Shown here: in pieces, positions 31,219 to 43,606 of the stretch
Layout of the letters: every line of letters starts with the position of its first letter
Position numbering within the stretch: the first letter of the stretch is position 1
NCBI GenBank assembly: GCA_964035575.1
Contig: OZ037837.1
Location: forward strand, 248,001-312,000
Direction of reading: 5' to 3'
Length of the DNA stretch: 64,000 nt
From: Rhynchopus sp. YZ270_cl-10
Taxonomy: Eukaryota
Notes under the pieces: model-generated
What the model was told of the DNA's origin: nothing
The model's database searches: none
What the model saw: only the letters and a program-made list of their open reading frames with translations
Translations under genes and position numbers: made by a program

Positions 31219-33288
31219 CTAAAGCACATTGCTGTGTTCCATGTTGTCCTGTGCCTCAAGCACCCGGTAACAACCCTTGTGTTGTACAAGAACGTCTTCA
31301 AGTGCAGACGGCAGTGTTGTCCCTTCAGGAGGCTCGTACAGACACACAACCCCGTCACGCACAGCCTCCTCGCACAGCGCCCAACTCCGACGCACAACAT
31401 CCCCCATCACAGTCACAAAGCGCTGGCTCCGTGCACCAACATCCCCGTGCTGCACAAGGCCGCTTGCAAGCCCAGACCCGTTCAGTGCAGACTTCACAGA
31501 CATGCGTTGCACAAACCGTATCGCGTTCTCCATGTGTGCAGGTGCAGAACGCGACACGTTCCACCCAACACACACACAGTTCCCAAGCAGCGTCACCAGA
31601 CTCCCTCCACTCTGCTCCAGTGCCGTCGTCAGTGTCACGAGTCGTGAGCTCATCTGGTGAAAGGCTATGTTTTGTCCCACGTCACCAACTGCAAGCTGTG
31701 CAACTCCCAGTGTGCCCGAGGTCTGACGTGTGGAGACTGACAGGTTGTTTGTGGATGAAACAGACGACGCACATGTGGAAATAGTCATTGTACGCTTGGC
31801 AGTTGGTGAAGAAGACTCGCAAAGTGGTGTTTCCCTTCGTCCCCCAAGTGAGACAGGCCACACACAGCACATCAACGTGTTCCCAGACACACCCCTCAAG
31901 TGAACTGCCTCTGGCACACCAGCAACAGCACTGCACGACCCAGAGACAGACGTCCACAGGTCAGAGGGAACAGCCACAGCACCAGGCGTGCATGTGCTCT
32001 CAAGGCGTGATGCAACGTTCACTGTGTGTCCGAAGTAGTCTGTCCGTCCCGTCAGTGTGTTCTGCTCCACAGTCACAGGGCCAGTGTTCACACCAATGCG
32101 CACAGTCAGACCACCCCACAGCGACCCCTGACGAGAACAGATGGGTGCATCCTCAAGCAGAGATGCAGGCCAGTCTGCTTCGAAAAGACGTTCCTGCACA
32201 CGCAACCCAAACGCCACACCGTCGCAAGTGGATGCAAAGGCAATCATGAATGCGTCGCCAATGGTCTTCACCTCGTACCCACCACACATCCGCATCACCT
32301 CACGCATCACAGCGTTGTGGATCTGCAGTCCAGCACGCATCCCCTCAGGTGTGTTCTCCCAGATCAACGTCGACGCACGGATGTCTGTGAACACAATCGT
32401 TGCTGTCTCGCTGTCAAGCCCAGGCGGTGCCACAGTCGGCTGCTGCACACCGTCCTCATCCACCTCAAACAGCGCAGCAGGGAGGTACGGACGGTACTTC
32501 CGCAGGTTCTCCTCCAAGTTCCGCAGTGCCGCTGTCATCCCCTCAGGCAGGTCACCCTCATGCGCCTTCAGCAGCTCCGCCACCTGCTCCACGTCGTAGC
32601 CAGCCAGGAGTGCTGCAATTTCCTGCACAGCGTTGATCGTCCGCTCCATTGATGCCTGCTCCTTCAGGAGACCACGTGCAAAGCCTCGTGTTGCGATGAA
32701 GTCGATGATAAACACACCCACAGCAAGGAGGTGGAAGTTCATGCTTCTGCCGGGGCAGGGGAGGTCTGTGCACTGATTTGCTTTCTCCATATAGTCTGCC
32801 CTCACCTCCTGTGGCATGATACCAGGGATGTCGAGGATGCCAAACCTGAACAATTCTTCCAAACCCATGACAACGAAGTACACCACTGCGACACAGACGA
32901 TGCACATGCTGTAGTGTGCGGGCACCTCCATCACAAGGAGGAAGTCCACCACAATCACAAGTACCGGCCATGAATTGTCCCCAAAAGTACGGGCAGTGAT
33001 ATCAGCACTAAAAGTTCCAAGAGCGTAGACGGAGGCGATGAACACTATTGCGGGTGTGGTCAGCTTGACTTTGCAAAGTACTAGCATAATGGCGTAGATC
33101 GCTGCCGCGATTGTTAGCACAGTTGTTACAAAATATAAGTACCGTCCTCGTGGCTCAGACAAGGCTTCCGAAAAGCCAGTCATCATGAAGAAGACTGCAA
33201 TGTTCAAGACGAAGAACAACTTCCGCTTCTGTGTGTCCTTCTTGTCCAGTGTCCCATCCAGCGACAGCACAGCATCCAGACAGCGCAT
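31219..33288 (-). CDS. Multi-TM class III adenylate cyclase, copy 1
   Basis: Hydrophobic N-terminus; VFTDI, YEVKTIGDAFM, VRIG, DYFGHTVNVASRLE; degenerate second cyclase domain; shared start MRCLDAV. Confidence 0.92.
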   Translation of the reverse strand: MRCLDAVLSLDGTLDKKDTQKRKLFFVLNIAVFFMMTGFSEALSEPRGRYLYFVTTVLTIAAAIYAIMLVLCKVKLTTPAIVFIASVYALGTFSADITARTFGDNSWPVLVIVVDFLLVMEVPAHYSMCIVCVAVVYFVVMGLEELFRFGILDIPGIMPQEVRADYMEKANQCTDLPCPGRSMNFHLLAVGVFIIDFIATRGFARGLLKEQASMERTINAVQEIAALLAGYDVEQVAELLKAHEGDLPEGMTAALRNLEENLRKYRPYLPAALFEVDEDGVQQPTVAPPGLDSETATIVFTDIRASTLIWENTPEGMRAGLQIHNAVMREVMRMCGGYEVKTIGDAFMIAFASTCDGVAFGLRVQERLFEADWPASLLEDAPICSRQGSLWGGLTVRIGVNTGPVTVEQNTLTGRTDYFGHTVNVASRLESTCTPGAVAVPSDLWTSVSGSCSAVAGVPEAVHLRGVSGNTLMCCVWPVSLGGRRETPLCESSSPTAKRTMTISTCASSVSSTNNLSVSTRQTSGTLGVAQLAVGDVGQNIAFHQMSSRLVTLTTALEQSGGSLVTLLGNCVCVGWNVSRSAPAHMENAIRFVQRMSVKSALNGSGLASGLVQHGDVGARSQRFVTVMGDVVRRSWALCEEAVRDGVVCLYEPPEGTTLPSALEDVLVQHKGCYRVLEAQDNMEHSNVL

Positions 33289-34260
33289 TTTGTTCGTGTG
33301 TTCTTGTGGAAACAGATGTGTTCTAAACAGAAAAGACACCCCCCCACCACCCAAAAGCTGTGACTGTGTAGTGTGTTCTATGTTTTGAAGTCCCAACCCC
33401 TCTCGTGACTGACAACCTTTGCACTATTGCACAGTGAATGCGCACAAGGATGCAGCTCATTTCCACAGAGCTTTGCACTAGACATAAGGTACGCTAGTGT
33501 GCCCACAACTATGTACCCAATCGAGACACAAAGACATGGTGAATGATGAATATTACATTCATACAAATCTGCATACACAAACGAACTATGATGTGATGCT
33601 GGGGTGCGTGTGGTGAGGGAATAGGAAGTCATATAAAGTGTGCGGGTATGTTAGGTTATTATAGGTCAAGAACACGTGGAGCAGAAGCTGAGAGGTGGCA
33701 ACGATGGAGGACAAACAAAAAGGGGCATTTATTAATTCAAGCACCTCTGCCAACAAACGTGTGTAACAGAAATACTTTGATCCCCCTTCCCTCCCTCCCC
33801 TCCCTATCTGCCTACCTACCTCCTGTCGTGCCTCCCACACACACACACCATCTGCACACCTCATCGGACTCCTCTTGCAGAACACATGCAGTGCATGCTC
33901 CTCCTTCTCCGCCACATGAGATCAACACAACCAAGTCGCCACATGGCACCTTCCCCTTCACGGCAGCAGTTGGCATTAAAGGTTTATTAGGCATGAGTTG
34001 GTGACACGTCGACACGTTGCTGTGGTGTTGCTGCACCGTGCACAGCAATGCTACTGAACATTACCGACACCATCCGTACCCCTAGACTCACATTTCTTCT
34101 CAACGCAGCCCCACAGAGCTCTACTTTGCAGTGACCAGCTTTTTTTTGCAGCACGGACAAAACTCTACTAGTACACGCGAACGGAGCCTCGAGGAGACTA
34201 GTTGTTGCATCGACAAACAGAGCCTCAGCCTAACCACCTTGTTGTGTGGTTGTTGTTTTT

Positions 34261-34626
34261 TCAGCTACAGAGAGCTTCGTGCAGCAGGTCAACGAAGGTG
34301 GGCATGACAACAGATTTATCATAATGCGCACCGTCCTTAGAGAGTTTCAACTGTCCGAGAGATATTTGGAAGAAGTCCAGATGGCGTATCCGCGTGCACA
34401 TTGAGAGTGCATCGCGCGCAATCCTGTTGAAGATGCCCAGACGCGCATTGGTCACCCTGAAGTTGTCGACGCTCGCAGGCTTGCCCTTCGGCCATGCAGG
34501 TGAGCCGAACCACACTGTCTCACCCTTTCGTCTGCACAGCACCTCAGCAACGCCTAACATGTGACGGTGCATCCTGTCGTAGCTCCACTGCCCCCATGAA
34601 GCAGGGTGTGCGCCAAACCCGATGAC
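34261..34626 (-). CDS. SGNH/PC-esterase-like protein, exon 2
   Basis: Acceptor CCAACAG|GTC; reads VIGFGAH... in frame with exon 1; DGAHY (DxxH) near the C-terminus. Confidence 0.75.
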   Translation of the reverse strand, partial: VIGFGAHPASWGQWSYDRMHRHMLGVAEVLCRRKGETVWFGSPAWPKGKPASVDNFRVTNARLGIFNRIARDALSMCTRIRHLDFFQISLGQLKLSKDGAHYDKSVVMPTFVDLLHEALCS

Positions 34627-34987
34627 CTGTTGGTGTTGTTGTTTTACAGAGGAGGGCCGAGGGGAGGAAGGGGGGAGGTAAAAATATTTGAAAATATGCC
34701 TACCAGACGAAGGGGTGGGGTGGACCCAAATAGCTGCCGGACGCGTAACACATTTATACTCTATTGCGCCCTAACCTGAGTTACTAGTAATTTAACTTAA
34801 ACCTCCGTATTTTTGATTGAAAACGTGGTTCTATTCGTGTTAGACACCCGAGGATGTGCTTCCACTATTTTTCAAGATATGTTCACAAATCTTTCAAAAG
34901 AAACATAGGTTCCGACAGACACTCGGACCTTAACCAAAAATACCCTTCTTTTTCAACCTATGTTTGGCCATTTGGCAAACACCATAC

Positions 34988-36022
34988 CAACACGTCCTCC
35001 TCGTAGGCCGTGACGTTCTGCAGATATGAGTCCAGGGTGTAACTGAGCGCCACGCCTCCAGCCGCCGTCGCTGCACTCACAACCTTGGCGCGCAGTGCCG
35101 CGTACCCAGCCTCCTTGCCGCCTTCAAGGCGGTGCTTAACAGCGTGGTACACACTCCGTGCCTGCGAGTCTCCGACCACACGCACGGTCACACCCTTTCC
35201 GCTCCCATTGATACCCCTCTTCAAGCACGACCCTAGGTCCCCACCACGTGGCGTGACACCATTGTACCACTGCCACTCCCACTCCGCACCACGTAGCTTA
35301 GTGTCGAGGTGGCGGTTGTGGCGCACCCAGCGGCCAAGATGTCGTGCCTTTGTGCCCTGTGGAGATGTGGTGCAGGAATATGTGGGCAGCCAGGCAACGT
35401 CTTTGTTGCGCCAGTGTCTTGTGTTATGGATTCGTTCGTTGACGCCCCAGAAGTTGTCGAGCTGCAGGCGAAACTTCGCTGTGTACTCACCCCTCCTCGT
35501 GAACCCAAAGCGAAGCCGATATCCGCACGATGTTGCGTTGAACTCCTGCAGCGCAACCAACAGCTCCGGCCCCGTGAGAAGCAAGCGAAACAGGTCAGGC
35601 CCCACCACCGCACGCAGGTACTTCTCCCACGCAGGGTGCGCTGAGATCCCCTCCTGCAGCGCACAGCCGCGGGACACAACGCGCACCTCACCCGCACACT
35701 GCACCGGGTCGTAGCACGACTGCACCGTGTACTCCTTCAAAAGCGCGGCCACTGTGGTGCAGTGTCCAGGCACCTCCTGTACAGGCACTGCACCAGCATC
35801 GACGTCAAGTGGAAACAGAGGGAACGTCGTCGGCAGGTACACCTCCTGCACTACATTCTGTGCGGTGTGCTGGGGTAAGGGCGATGGTGGTGATGGTGGT
35901 GGTGATGTATTCTTCGGTGCCTCCGTCAGTGCCGCGCGCCCATCAATGCTCCAGAACAGCAGAAGCAGCGTCAGCGCACAACACACCAGTGTGTAAAGTG
36001 GCGCAGCACCCAGTCCCGTCAT
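34988..36022 (-). CDS. SGNH/PC-esterase-like type II membrane protein, exon 1
   Basis: N-terminal TM helix, Pro-rich stem, GRW motif, VVGDSQAR (GDS); donor TTG|GTATGG; 361-nt GT-AG intron 34627-34987. Confidence 0.75.
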
Positions 36023-36859
36023 ACGAGGGAGCAACTGACACTATGTTCGAACCAAATGCGTTCTGGGCAGGTGCAGTCTCAGTGCAAGACCAAGACGTCC
36101 TCACCAATTAAACCTCAAATTCAAAGAAAATGTAATAACTAAGCAGTGCCTGATGGGCAACATCCCTGTGGTGTGTAGGTGTGACCATGTGTGATGACCA
36201 TTTCGTCCGATATTGGCCGAGCTTCCAGCATGGTGATAACAGGTCTGCACTCAACGTCCCTCGTACCATGAAGGGAGACACAGTGAACAAAAGACAAACG
36301 GCATTAAACTACTTTACGACATGACATGCAAAAGGTGAACGCTACGCTTCCCCTGTGTTTCAATTTTGGGGTGGGTTCGGGCAGAGCCCACTTCACCAAC
36401 GTGTCGAGGTGCGTACGTTTCACCATGAGAAGACTCAGAAAGATACTCAGACCAGATATGGGTTTTGGCATTTGCGTGCATTCCTTTATTTTGCACGTAC
36501 CGCGTAAGGTATTACTGACCACTTCTTTTGGCAGAAAGTACTACGCGTCCACTCGACGTTTGTATAAAGAAAACTAGAGATGAAAGGGGGTTGGAGGGGA
36601 AGAGTTAAATTCTTGAACGCATCCCCACACTCAGGCACACTAACCAAATGCACACATGTCTTGTAAATAATGAAAATCTGAAAAACCCCCACCCTGTCCA
36701 TCCCGTCACACCTGAGAATGACCGTCCGTCCTGTAAAGAACTCTGGACTTCGCAGACAGATGTAACGCAGCAAATGCTCTAAAATGTTGCAAACACTCAC
36801 TCACTTTGCACTACATGAGAGCTTGCAACCGTACAGACGCAACAGTGTCAAAAGCACAA

Positions 36860-38935
36860 CTAAAACACATTGCTGTGTTCCCTGTTGTCCTGTGCCTCAA
36901 GCACCCGGTAACAACCCTTGTGTTGCACAAGAACGTCTTCAAGTGCAGACGGCAGTGTTGTCCCTTCAGGAGGCTCGTACAGACACACAACCCCGTCACG
37001 CACAGCCTCCTCGCACAGCGCCCAACTCCGACGCACAACATCCCCCATCACAGTCACAAAGCGCTGGCTCCGTGCACCAACATCCCCGTGCTGCACAAGG
37101 CCGCTTGCAAGACCAGCACCGTTCAGTGCAGACTTCACAGACATGCGCTGCACAAACCGTATCGCGTTCTCCATGTGTGCAGGTGCAGAACGCGACACGT
37201 TCCACCCAACACACACACAGTTCCCAAGCAGCGTCACCAGACTCCCTCCACTCTGCTCCAGTGCCGTCGTCAGTGTCACGAGTCGTGAGCTCATCTGGTG
37301 AAAGGCTATGTTTTCTCCCACGTCACCCACTGCAAGCTGTGCAACTCCCAGTGTGCCCGAGGTCTGACGTGTGGAGACTGCAATATTCTTTGTGGATGAA
37401 ACAGACGACGCACATGCGGAAATAGTCATTGAATGATTGGCAGTTGGTGAAGAAGACGTGTACTCGCAAAGTGGTGTTTCCCTTCGTCCCCCAAGTGAGA
37501 CAGGCCACACACAGCACACCAACGTGTTCCCAGACACACCCTTCAAGTGAACTGCCTCTGGCACACCAGCAACAGCACTGCACGACCCAGAGACAGACGT
37601 CCACAGGTCAGAGGGAACAGCCACAGCACCAGGTGTGCATGTGCTCTCAAGGCGTGATGCAACGTTCACTGTGTGTCCGAAGTAGTCTGTCCGTCCCGTC
37701 AGTGTGTTCTGCTCCACAGTCACAGGGCCAGTGTTCACACCAATGCGCACAGTCAGACCACCCCACAGCGACCCCTGACGAGAACAGATGGGTGCATCCT
37801 CAAGCAGAGATGCAGGCCAGTCTGCTTCGAAAAGACGTTCCTGCACACGCAACCCAAACGCCACACCGTCGCAAGTGGATGCAAAGGCAATCATGAATGC
37901 GTCGCCAATGGTCTTCACCTCGTACCCACCACACATCCGCATCACCTCACGCATCACAGTGTTGTGGATCTGCAGTCCAGCACGCATCCCCTCAGGTGTG
38001 TTCTCCCAGATCGACGTTGACGCACGGATGTCTGTGAACACAATCGTTGCTGTCTCGCTGTCAAGCCCAGGCGGTGCCACAGTCGGCTGCTGCACACCGT
38101 CCTCATCCACCTCAAACAGCGCAGCAGGGAGGTACGGACGGTACTTCCGCAGGTTCTCCTCCAAGTTCCGCAGTGCCGCTGTCATCCCCTCAGGCAGGTC
38201 ACCCTCATGCGCCTTCAGCAGCTCCGCCACCTGCTCCACGTCGTAGCCAGCCAGGAGTGCTGCAATTTCCTGCACAGCGTTGATCGTCCGCTCCATTGAT
38301 GCCTGCTCCTTCAGGAGACCACGTGCAAAGCCTCGTGTTGCGATGAAGTCGATGACAAATACACTCACAGCAACGAGGTGGAAGTTCAGGTCATTGCCGG
38401 GGCAGGGGAGGTCTGTACATTGCAGGGCTTCATCCCTGTAGGCTGCCCTCTCCTCCTGTGGCAGGATACCAGGGATGTCGAGGATGCCAAACCTGAACAA
38501 TTCTTCTGCACCCATGACAACGAAGTACACCACTGAGACACAGACGACACACATGCTGTAGCGTGTGGGCACCTCCATCACAAGGAGGAAGTCCACCACA
38601 AGCACGAGCAATGGCCATGAATTGTTCCCTGTAGCACGGGCAGTGATGTCAGCACTAAAAGTTCCAAGAACGTAGATGTAGGCGATGAACACTATTGCGG
38701 GTGTGGTCAGCTTGACTTTGCAGAGCACCAGTATAGTGGCGTAGATCGCAGCGCAGATAACAAACAGAACTGTGGTGCAATATAAGTACCGTCCCTGTAG
38801 GTTGAACCACACCTCCAAAGTGCCAAGAGTCATCAACAAGACTGCCACGTTCAAGACGAAGAACATCGTCCGCTTCCGCGTGTCCTTCTTGTCCAGTGTC
38901 CCATCCAGCGACAGCACAGCATCCAGACAGCGCAT
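36860..38935 (-). CDS. Multi-TM class III adenylate cyclase, copy 2
   Basis: Same motifs as copy 1; start at shared MRCLDAV. Confidence 0.92.
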   Translation of the reverse strand: MRCLDAVLSLDGTLDKKDTRKRTMFFVLNVAVLLMTLGTLEVWFNLQGRYLYCTTVLFVICAAIYATILVLCKVKLTTPAIVFIAYIYVLGTFSADITARATGNNSWPLLVLVVDFLLVMEVPTRYSMCVVCVSVVYFVVMGAEELFRFGILDIPGILPQEERAAYRDEALQCTDLPCPGNDLNFHLVAVSVFVIDFIATRGFARGLLKEQASMERTINAVQEIAALLAGYDVEQVAELLKAHEGDLPEGMTAALRNLEENLRKYRPYLPAALFEVDEDGVQQPTVAPPGLDSETATIVFTDIRASTSIWENTPEGMRAGLQIHNTVMREVMRMCGGYEVKTIGDAFMIAFASTCDGVAFGLRVQERLFEADWPASLLEDAPICSRQGSLWGGLTVRIGVNTGPVTVEQNTLTGRTDYFGHTVNVASRLESTCTPGAVAVPSDLWTSVSGSCSAVAGVPEAVHLKGVSGNTLVCCVWPVSLGGRRETPLCEYTSSSPTANHSMTISACASSVSSTKNIAVSTRQTSGTLGVAQLAVGDVGENIAFHQMSSRLVTLTTALEQSGGSLVTLLGNCVCVGWNVSRSAPAHMENAIRFVQRMSVKSALNGAGLASGLVQHGDVGARSQRFVTVMGDVVRRSWALCEEAVRDGVVCLYEPPEGTTLPSALEDVLVQHKGCYRVLEAQDNREHSNVF

Positions 38936-40148
38936 TGTGTTCTTGTGGAAACAGACGTATCTAAGAAGAAACCCCACCCACCTGAGACTGTGAATGTGTA
39001 AAATTAGTGTTCTTTGCAACACAGCATCCGCACGAGGAATCCGAAGAAGATGTTCTTGTATTGCACGTGCATCCTGTTCACATGTCAGGTGGTTTGGACG
39101 GGAAGTGAGGGCCAGGACCATGTGAAGGGTGTAAATGATATGTGGGGATGGAGAGGTCTCTTGGTCAATAAATGAACGAACAACATATTCTGAGACAAAA
39201 CACAAGAAACAAAACAGGAACAGAAAACGTGCTATTCAACATAATTCTCAAAAACCTCACAAACCCCAAGAAGGCGGAGACTTTGAGAGCCTTTACCCTG
39301 AACTTGCTAAAACCAAAATGGAGTGAAGGCAGTCTGCGTTTAGTACAGCACCCAAAAGCTGAGTACTACACTTTGTACAGCGCAGGGCATGGTACAGGAA
39401 ACACGGTAAACGGGGGTTTTGGGTCGGGGTTATATTTTTCTTCCTTCCAGGTTGGTCCTGAAAATGGGGAAACGTTTGGGTCAAGTTGTCCTAAGGTCCG
39501 CCATGTTGCAGTCAAGGTACTCGGAGAGGAGGTGTCATCGAGTTGTGCTGGAGGATGGGTTTCATATTCGCTTTTTATTTTTCCTTCTTTCAAAACTTCA
39601 CACACAACGCTTTTGGATTATGGGAGACACACAAGGTGCCAGGCTCTATGATATACACGGAACCACCCTGCACCTGTTCGTCATGTTGTTTCCCGTGCAA
39701 TACATGGAGAAAAGATTCCTACTTGAAACTAGGTAAGCTTTTATCAAAATGAGTGAATCACAAAAACCAGCGCGCTTGGAAGAAAAAAGAAGAGGAAAGA
39801 TATTTGAAAACTTCGTTGTATTAGTGTAGACACCCTAGAGTGGACACCCCATAACATGAACAAGCCAATGTACCTTCTAAGAAGCTTGGGAATTACTGCG
39901 CATTGACCACTACTAGGTAGTGTTGACATCTCAAGCATGTTCACATCGTAAGTAAACAAAATTGACGACTCCTTCCTTTGACAGAAAAAAGACTGCAAAA
40001 AACCCCACCCTGTACCTGAGAATGACCGTCCGTCCTGTAAAGAACTTCTGGACTTCTCAGACAAACAACACAGCGTGTGAAGAAAATGTGGCCAAAAACT
40101 CACTCACTTTGCACCATCCTCACACACGCCACAGTTGAAAGAGCACAA

Positions 40149-42230
40149 CTAAAACACATTGCTGTGTTCCATGTTGTCCTGTGCCTCAAGCAGTCGGTAA
40201 CAACCCTTGTGTTGCACAAGAACGTCTTCAAGTGCAGACGGCAGTGTTGTCCCTTCAGGAGGCTCGTACAGACACACAACCCCGTCACGCACAGCCTCCT
40301 CGCACAGCGCCCAACTCCGACGCACAACATCTCCCATCACAGTCACAAAGCGCTGGCTCCGTGCACCAACATCCCCGTGCTGCACAAGGCCGCTTGCAAG
40401 CCCAGACCCGTTCAGTGCAGACTTCACAGACATGCGCTGCACAAACCGTATTGCGTTCTCCATGTGTGCAGGTGCAGAACGCGACACGTTCCACCCAACA
40501 CACACACAGTTCCCAAGCAGCGTCACCAGACTCCCTCCACTCTGCTCCAGTGCCGTCGTCAGTGTCGTGAGTCGTGAGCTCATCTGGTGAAAGGCTATGT
40601 TTTCTCCCACGTCACCAACTGCAAGCTGTGCAACTCCCAGTGTGCCCGAGGTCTGACGTGTGGAGACTGCAATGTTGGTTGTGGATGAAACAGACGACGC
40701 ACATGTGGAAAAACTCACTGTATGATTGGCAGTTGGTGAAGAAGACGTGTACTCGCAAAGTGGTGTTTCCCTTCGTCCCCCAAGTGAGACAGGCCACACA
40801 CAGCACACCAACGTGTTCCCAGACACACCCTTCAAGTGAACTGCCTCTGGCACACCAGCAACAGCACTGCACGACCCAGAGACAGACGTCCACAGGTCAG
40901 AGGGAACAGACACAGCACCAGGTGTGCATGTGCTCTCAAGGCGTGATGCAACGTTCACTGTGTGTCCGAAGTAGTCTGCCCGTCCCGTCAGTGTGTTCTG
41001 CTCCACAGTCACAGGGCCAGTGTTCACACCAATGCGCACAGTCAGACCACCCCACAGCGACCCCTGACGAGAACAGATGGGTGCATCCTCAAGCAGAGAT
41101 GCAGGCCAGTCTGCTTCGAAAAGACGTTCCTGCACACGCAACCCAAACGCCACACCGTCAAAAGTGGATGCAAAGGCAATCATGAATGCGTCGCCAATGG
41201 TCTTCACCTCGTACCCACCACACATCCGCATCACATCACGCATCACAGTGTTGTGGATCTGCAGTCCAGCACGCATCCCCTCAGGTGTGTTCTCCCAGAT
41301 CGACGTTGACGCACGGATGTCTGTAAACACAATCGTTGCTGTCTCGCTGTCAAGCCCAGGCGGTGCCACAGTCGGCTGCTGCACACCGTCCTCATCCACC
41401 TCAAACAGCGCAGCAGGGAGGTACGGACGGTACTTCCGCAGGTTCTCCTCCAAGTTCCGCAGTGCTGCTGTCATCCCCTCAGGCAGGTCACCCTCATGCG
41501 CCTTCAGCAGCTCCGCCACCTGCTCCACGTCGTAGCCAGCCAGGAGTGCTGCAATTTCCTGCACAGCGTTGATCGTCCGCTCCATTGATGTCTGCTCCTT
41601 CAGGAGACCACGTGCAAAGCCTCGTGTTGCGATGAAGTCGATGACAAACACACTCAAAGCAGTGATCTGACGGTTCAAAGCATTGGTCCTGATGGGGCAG
41701 GGGAGGTCTGTACACTGATATAAGTCATCCCTGTGGGCTTCCCTCTCCTCCTGTGGCATGATACCAGGGATGTCGAGGATGCCAAACCTGAACAATTCTT
41801 CCACACCCATGACAACGAAGTACACCACTGCGACACAGACGATGCACATGCTGTGGCGTGTGGGCACCTCCATCACAAGGAGGAAGTCCACCACAAGCAC
41901 GAGCAACGGCCATGCAGTGTTACCTATAGTACGGGCAGTGACGTCAGAACAAAAAATTCCAAGAACGTAGACGGAGGCGATGAACACTATTGCGGGTGTG
42001 GTCAGCTTGACTTTGCAGAGCACCAGTGTAGTGGCGTAGATCGCAGTGCAGCTTATGAACACAGTTGTGGTGCAATATAAGTACCGCCCTCGTGGGTCTA
42101 CCCACGCCTCCAACGTGAAAGTCATCATGAACAAGACTGCAACATTCAAGACGAAGAACATCGTCCGCTTCCGCGTGTCCTTCTTGTCCAGTGTCCCATC
42201 CAGCGACAGCACAGCATCCAGACAGCGCAT
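40149..42230 (-). CDS. Multi-TM class III adenylate cyclase, copy 3
   Basis: Same motifs as copy 1. Confidence 0.92.
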   Translation of the reverse strand: MRCLDAVLSLDGTLDKKDTRKRTMFFVLNVAVLFMMTFTLEAWVDPRGRYLYCTTTVFISCTAIYATTLVLCKVKLTTPAIVFIASVYVLGIFCSDVTARTIGNTAWPLLVLVVDFLLVMEVPTRHSMCIVCVAVVYFVVMGVEELFRFGILDIPGIMPQEEREAHRDDLYQCTDLPCPIRTNALNRQITALSVFVIDFIATRGFARGLLKEQTSMERTINAVQEIAALLAGYDVEQVAELLKAHEGDLPEGMTAALRNLEENLRKYRPYLPAALFEVDEDGVQQPTVAPPGLDSETATIVFTDIRASTSIWENTPEGMRAGLQIHNTVMRDVMRMCGGYEVKTIGDAFMIAFASTFDGVAFGLRVQERLFEADWPASLLEDAPICSRQGSLWGGLTVRIGVNTGPVTVEQNTLTGRADYFGHTVNVASRLESTCTPGAVSVPSDLWTSVSGSCSAVAGVPEAVHLKGVSGNTLVCCVWPVSLGGRRETPLCEYTSSSPTANHTVSFSTCASSVSSTTNIAVSTRQTSGTLGVAQLAVGDVGENIAFHQMSSRLTTLTTALEQSGGSLVTLLGNCVCVGWNVSRSAPAHMENAIRFVQRMSVKSALNGSGLASGLVQHGDVGARSQRFVTVMGDVVRRSWALCEEAVRDGVVCLYEPPEGTTLPSALEDVLVQHKGCYRLLEAQDNMEHSNVF

Positions 42231-43606
42231 TGTGTTCGTGTGTTCTTGTCACAGCCGTATCTTAGGCAGAAGACACCCGGCACTAAGACCTGTGACTGTC
42301 CTGAACCGCGCCAGTACCGGTACGGGTGGTACCCGGTGCCCTCTTGTGGGGAACACTTGCAGCGGGTGTTGATGTCCACTATTGGCACAGTTGCTGAGCA
42401 AGACCGAGGTAAATATTGGAAAATGATAATTGCCTGGACGCAGGTGTGAAGGTAAAATAGTGAGAAAAAAAGCACAAAAACGGAAACGGCCCCTTGCCCA
42501 GCAGCAGAGTGAAACACCTGCTGTGTAGTGTACGAACGAATGAAGAAAGAAGCAGGACAGTGGCACGGCTGCCAAAAAGTACCAGTAGTCAGCGTCACGT
42601 ACTTCGTAGGTCACAGTGATAAGTAACAGGATCAATAAAAACGGACATCTGTGTTTTTCTCTTTTATTAGAGTTCCCTGAAAAGGGTGTACGAAAAGAGG
42701 TTGCACGGCAACCATGAAGGAAAAATAACTAAACTTGAAAAGGGGTGCAGAAAAACAGGAAAAAGCCGCACCAGAGCGAATGTTGATGACGAAAAGACTA
42801 AGTTTAAAAGAAACGTGACGATACCTCCAAACGCACACTGTGTTGTTGATTCTAAACACGTGGCAAAAAGAACGATACACAATATGGGGAGACACCCTGA
42901 GAGCTTTGAAATACTTCTCTAGTCACGTACCCGCATCATGTTGTGCACGGAACCACCCTGCACCTGCTTGTCATGTTGTTTACCGTGCAATACATGGAGA
43001 AACGTTTCACTGTCGAAACTAGGGGAAAGATGACAACACAGGTAGCAGGGGTTTTAAACTAGAGGCGTTTGCATCTACTTCTCATATTTGACCCAAGACA
43101 AGAGAAACGTAAGAAGAGCAGCACGCCGGTTGTCTGTGTACTGAGAGAGAAAAACGAAGCATATTCATGCTCCCGAGGGAGGGAGCAGAGAAACCTCATA
43201 AGAACGCCACGCAGAGGTGGCAGAAATATCGTAAGAAAGACACATGAAAACGCATAACAGCATCCAGCACCGACCACAAGATCACTTCTCAGGACGGGCC
43301 AAAATAACACAACATCTTAAATTAAGCACTACAGGTTACAAATTCATGCGTCTTCAGGCAGCAGAAAAGATAGCAAATAGTGTGCAAACAGCACAGAGAG
43401 AGACAACACGACACATCCGAGCATAAATACACAGTAATACACCCCCCTCTGTTTTCTCGTACACTGAGAATGACCGTCCATCCTGTAAAGAACGTCTGGA
43501 CTTCGCAGACAGATGTAACTACACAGCGTGTGAAGAAAACTATATCACCAAAAACTCACTCACTTTGCCCCATATGAGAGCTTGCAACACAGTTGTAAGA
43601 GCACAA